Source of the DNA: Antedon mediterranea | Taxonomy: Eukaryota > Animalia > Echinodermata | Assembly: GCF_964355755.1 (NCBI RefSeq) | Contig: NC_092677.1 | Coordinates: forward strand, 1,448,101 to 1,512,100 | DNA length: 64,000 bases | Direction of reading: 5' to 3' | In this document: positions 63,502 through 64,000 of the stretch, piece after piece | Layout: each line of letters opens with the position of its first letter | How positions within the stretch are numbered: position 1 is the stretch's first letter | The notes under the pieces: generated by a model | Seen by the model: only the letters and a program-made list of their open reading frames with translations | Told to the model about the DNA's origin: nothing | Database searches by the model: none | Made by a program: the position numbers and the translations under genes

Positions 63502-64000
63502 GTAAGTACCAGGCTTTAATGTTTTGTGGGTGCTACTATAAGTTAAGTCTTTGTCTATGTAGAGCATCTTGTGTATATGTTTGTCTTATATGTTCTAGTG
63601 CAGTATATGGAGAGCCATCTCGATAGTGCTTTGCACTCATGGCAATCCTCAGGGTGCTGCACCGCTGTGTTGTCATGTATTGTTGTGCCTGAAAATTGAA
63701 TAAAATAAAAATAAAAAATAAAATTAACATTTGATTTTCAATTTTTTTTATAAAACCATATACATGTAGGCCTATAGTACATTTCCGTCATTGTTTGAGA
63801 TACAAATAATCATCATGCATGTTATTTTCGAATTTATAGAGGTCGTTCTAACTTAGGTTAACAATTATAAAAGTAAACTATTAATTACAAAATCTTAAAA
63901 TTTGCCGGACCACTGGTTTGGTTTGTGTGAGAGCCCAGAACAGAAAACACAATAGAAAGAATGCATTCACTAGAATGTTGATTTTTTTAGTATCTTTCTG

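Noticed and set aside
25081-64000. Somatic V(D)J-like rearrangement or Dscam-like mutually exclusive splicing
   Set aside because: Each unit has its own leader, TM and stop codon. I saw no heptamer/nonamer RSS pairs beside the V exons and no separate J segments.

Overview
AT-rich, intron-containing animal genomic DNA; it is probably an invertebrate, but the taxon cannot be fixed from sequence alone. There is no prokaryotic gene organisation and no CRISPR array. 1-15.5 kb is mostly transposon debris: a Merlin/IS1595-type element with long TIRs and an 8-bp TSD, a decayed LINE, Penelope-type hammerhead motifs, and possible exons of a minus-strand acidic protein. 17.0-23.2 kb holds a 10-exon gene that I spliced by hand into an uninterrupted 664-aa ORF. 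It has a ParB/Srx-like GGNH domain and a C-terminal region resembling a degenerate N6/N4 DNA methyltransferase, and six 17-bp palindromes lie just downstream. 25-64 kb is a same-strand tandem cluster of at least nine paralogous 7-exon Ig-superfamily receptor genes (leader, V-type Ig, I/C2-type Ig, S/T micro-exon, TM, spacer exon, tyrosine-motif tail ending YQDL-x9-YVNV). Copies 2, 3 and 6 look intact, five copies are disrupted, and copy 9 runs off the window. The cluster shows a ~12-kb block duplication, exon-level mosaicism and copy-specific insertions (hAT, LINE, MULE-like MITE, and a 6.1-kb Helitron containing seven ~797-bp repeats). All exon coordinates come from manual GT-AG and phase reading, not from transcript evidence.
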